DNA from: Octopus sinensis
Lineage: Eukaryota
Assembly: GCF_006345805.1 (NCBI RefSeq)
Contig: NW_021832637.1
Coordinates: 1 to 34,031 of the forward strand
Length of the DNA stretch: 34,031 nt
Direction: 5' to 3'
In this document: positions 1 to 34,031 of the stretch, one piece after another
How positions within the stretch are numbered: position 1 is the first letter of the stretch
How the letters are laid out: every line of letters starts with the position of its first letter
Translations under genes and position numbers: made by a program
The notes under the pieces: model-generated
The model's input: the letters and a program-made list of their open reading frames with translations, nothing else
Databases searched by the model: none
What the model was told of the DNA's origin: nothing

Positions 1-423
1 TCCATGAACTAACCGGGAGTGATAGCTCTTGTTTATAGAAATCAGCAATCGATGGTTGATGGAAGCTGATGTTTGCCAAATCCATAATAAATCATAAGGA
101 ACACTCATAACAGCAAGAGTCAAACCAATAAAGTATTTGTTCGTCCTTAATATAATCTGGCTGATTGGGACATGAATATGTCAATCGCTGTTTTATTTCG
201 CCTTTGGGAAACATCTCCTTTAGACGATGTGTGTTCATAACACACGTGATTCACGGGTGTAAGGAGATTCTGAGAAACCTGGTGTTTTGGCCTTATTGTG
301 TGTCACCTTAGTCAATGCGACCCTCGACCAATGAGTGCCAGTTTTTGTTTGACAAATTAGCAACAAATTATTGGCTGATGTGGACTGATGTGGGCTGATG
401 CCTGCCAAACCGGTAATAAATCG

Positions 424-1024
424 AAGACGGCAAGCTGGCAGAAACGTTAGCACGCCAGGCGAAATGCGTAGCCGTATTTCGTGTGCCGTTACGTTCTGAG
501 TTCAAATTCCGCCGAGGTCGACTTTGCCTTTCATCCTTTCAGGGGTCGATATATTAAGTACCAGTTACGCACTGGGGTCGATGTAATCAAATTAATCCCT
601 TTCTCTGTCCTTGTTTGTCCCCTGTGTTTAGCCCCGTGTAGGTAATAAAGAAATAGGTATTTCGTCTGCCGTTACGTTCTGAGTTCAAATTCCACCGAGG
701 TCGACTTTGCGTTTCATCCTTTCGGGGTCGATAAATTAAGTACCAGTTAAGCACTGGGGGCCGACGTAATCGACTTAATCCGTTTATCTGTCTTTGTTTG
801 TCCCCTCTATGTTTAGCCCTTTGTGGGTAGTAAAGAAATAGGTATCTTGTCTGCTGCTACGTTCTGAGTTCAAATTCCGCCGAGGTCCACTTTGCTTTTC
901 ATCCTTTCGGGTTCGATAAATTAAGTACCTGTTACGCACTGGGGTCGATGTAATAGACTTAATCCGTTTGTCTGTCCTTGTTTGTCCCCTCTATGTTTAG
1001 CCCCTTGTGGGTAGTAAAGAAACT
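424..1024 (+). mobile_element. tRNA-derived SINE, family A, head plus three tandem body units, 12-bp TSD
   Basis: A-box-like TGGCAGAAACGTTAG, B-box GAGTTCAAATTCC, three ~185-bp units; GGTAATAAATCG at 412-423 and 1025-1036. Confidence 0.85.
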
Positions 1025-1365
1025 GGTAATAAATCGTTAGGTGCAGACAAAACAGGTAGAATCCCCAAAATAACATATCTATTCATTCTTTATAAATTCT
1101 GGCATATTCGAACGCGAACATGCTAATCGATGCTTATTTCGTCTTTGGAAAAAATCACCTTCCTTTCAATGATGCATCTTCATAAAATTCCATACGTTGG
1201 TATAAGGGTACTTTCAGATACCGCAGTGCTTCGACCCCGCTTTGTATGTTTTCAGTCAAAGCTATCCCCCGGATCAAAGAACTAGAGACGAAATCAGAAC
1301 ATCTTCTCTCATTAGGCGATAAATATTCTATTTTTGTTCTCTTTTGCTGTTCTAAAACATTTCAG

Positions 1366-34031
<32,666 letters not shown>

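Noticed and set aside
429-520. tRNA genes at SINE heads
   Set aside because: A and B boxes are present but there is no cloverleaf, and the sequence continues into SINE bodies.

Overview
Eukaryotic, microsatellite- and SINE-rich DNA, most likely from an octopus (inferred from repeat content). The whole window lies inside one plus-strand gene. Eleven exons (1366-34031, about 372 codons, all GT-AG, frame-consistent) encode the MIR/beta-trefoil to armadillo (RIH) region of a divergent IP3-receptor-family Ca2+ release channel. None of the supplied ORFs is a real gene on its own: most are microsatellite artefacts, and a few overlap true exons or a Penelope remnant. The introns hold several tRNA-derived SINE families (some multimeric), a mariner deletion derivative, a non-autonomous Helitron, a MITE with an 8-bp TSD and its empty site nearby, a 127-bp-arm foldback, a Penelope GIY-YIG remnant and exon-adjacent minisatellites. 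The top finding is a 505-bp insertion (33344-33848) flanked by a 14-bp TSD. It consists of 1.4 copies of a 355-bp structured monomer carrying a type I hammerhead ribozyme, i.e. a retrozyme-like element in sense orientation in the host pre-mRNA. A second, more decayed hammerhead candidate lies at about 2060-2140. All analysis was done by eye; no searches or folding programs were run.
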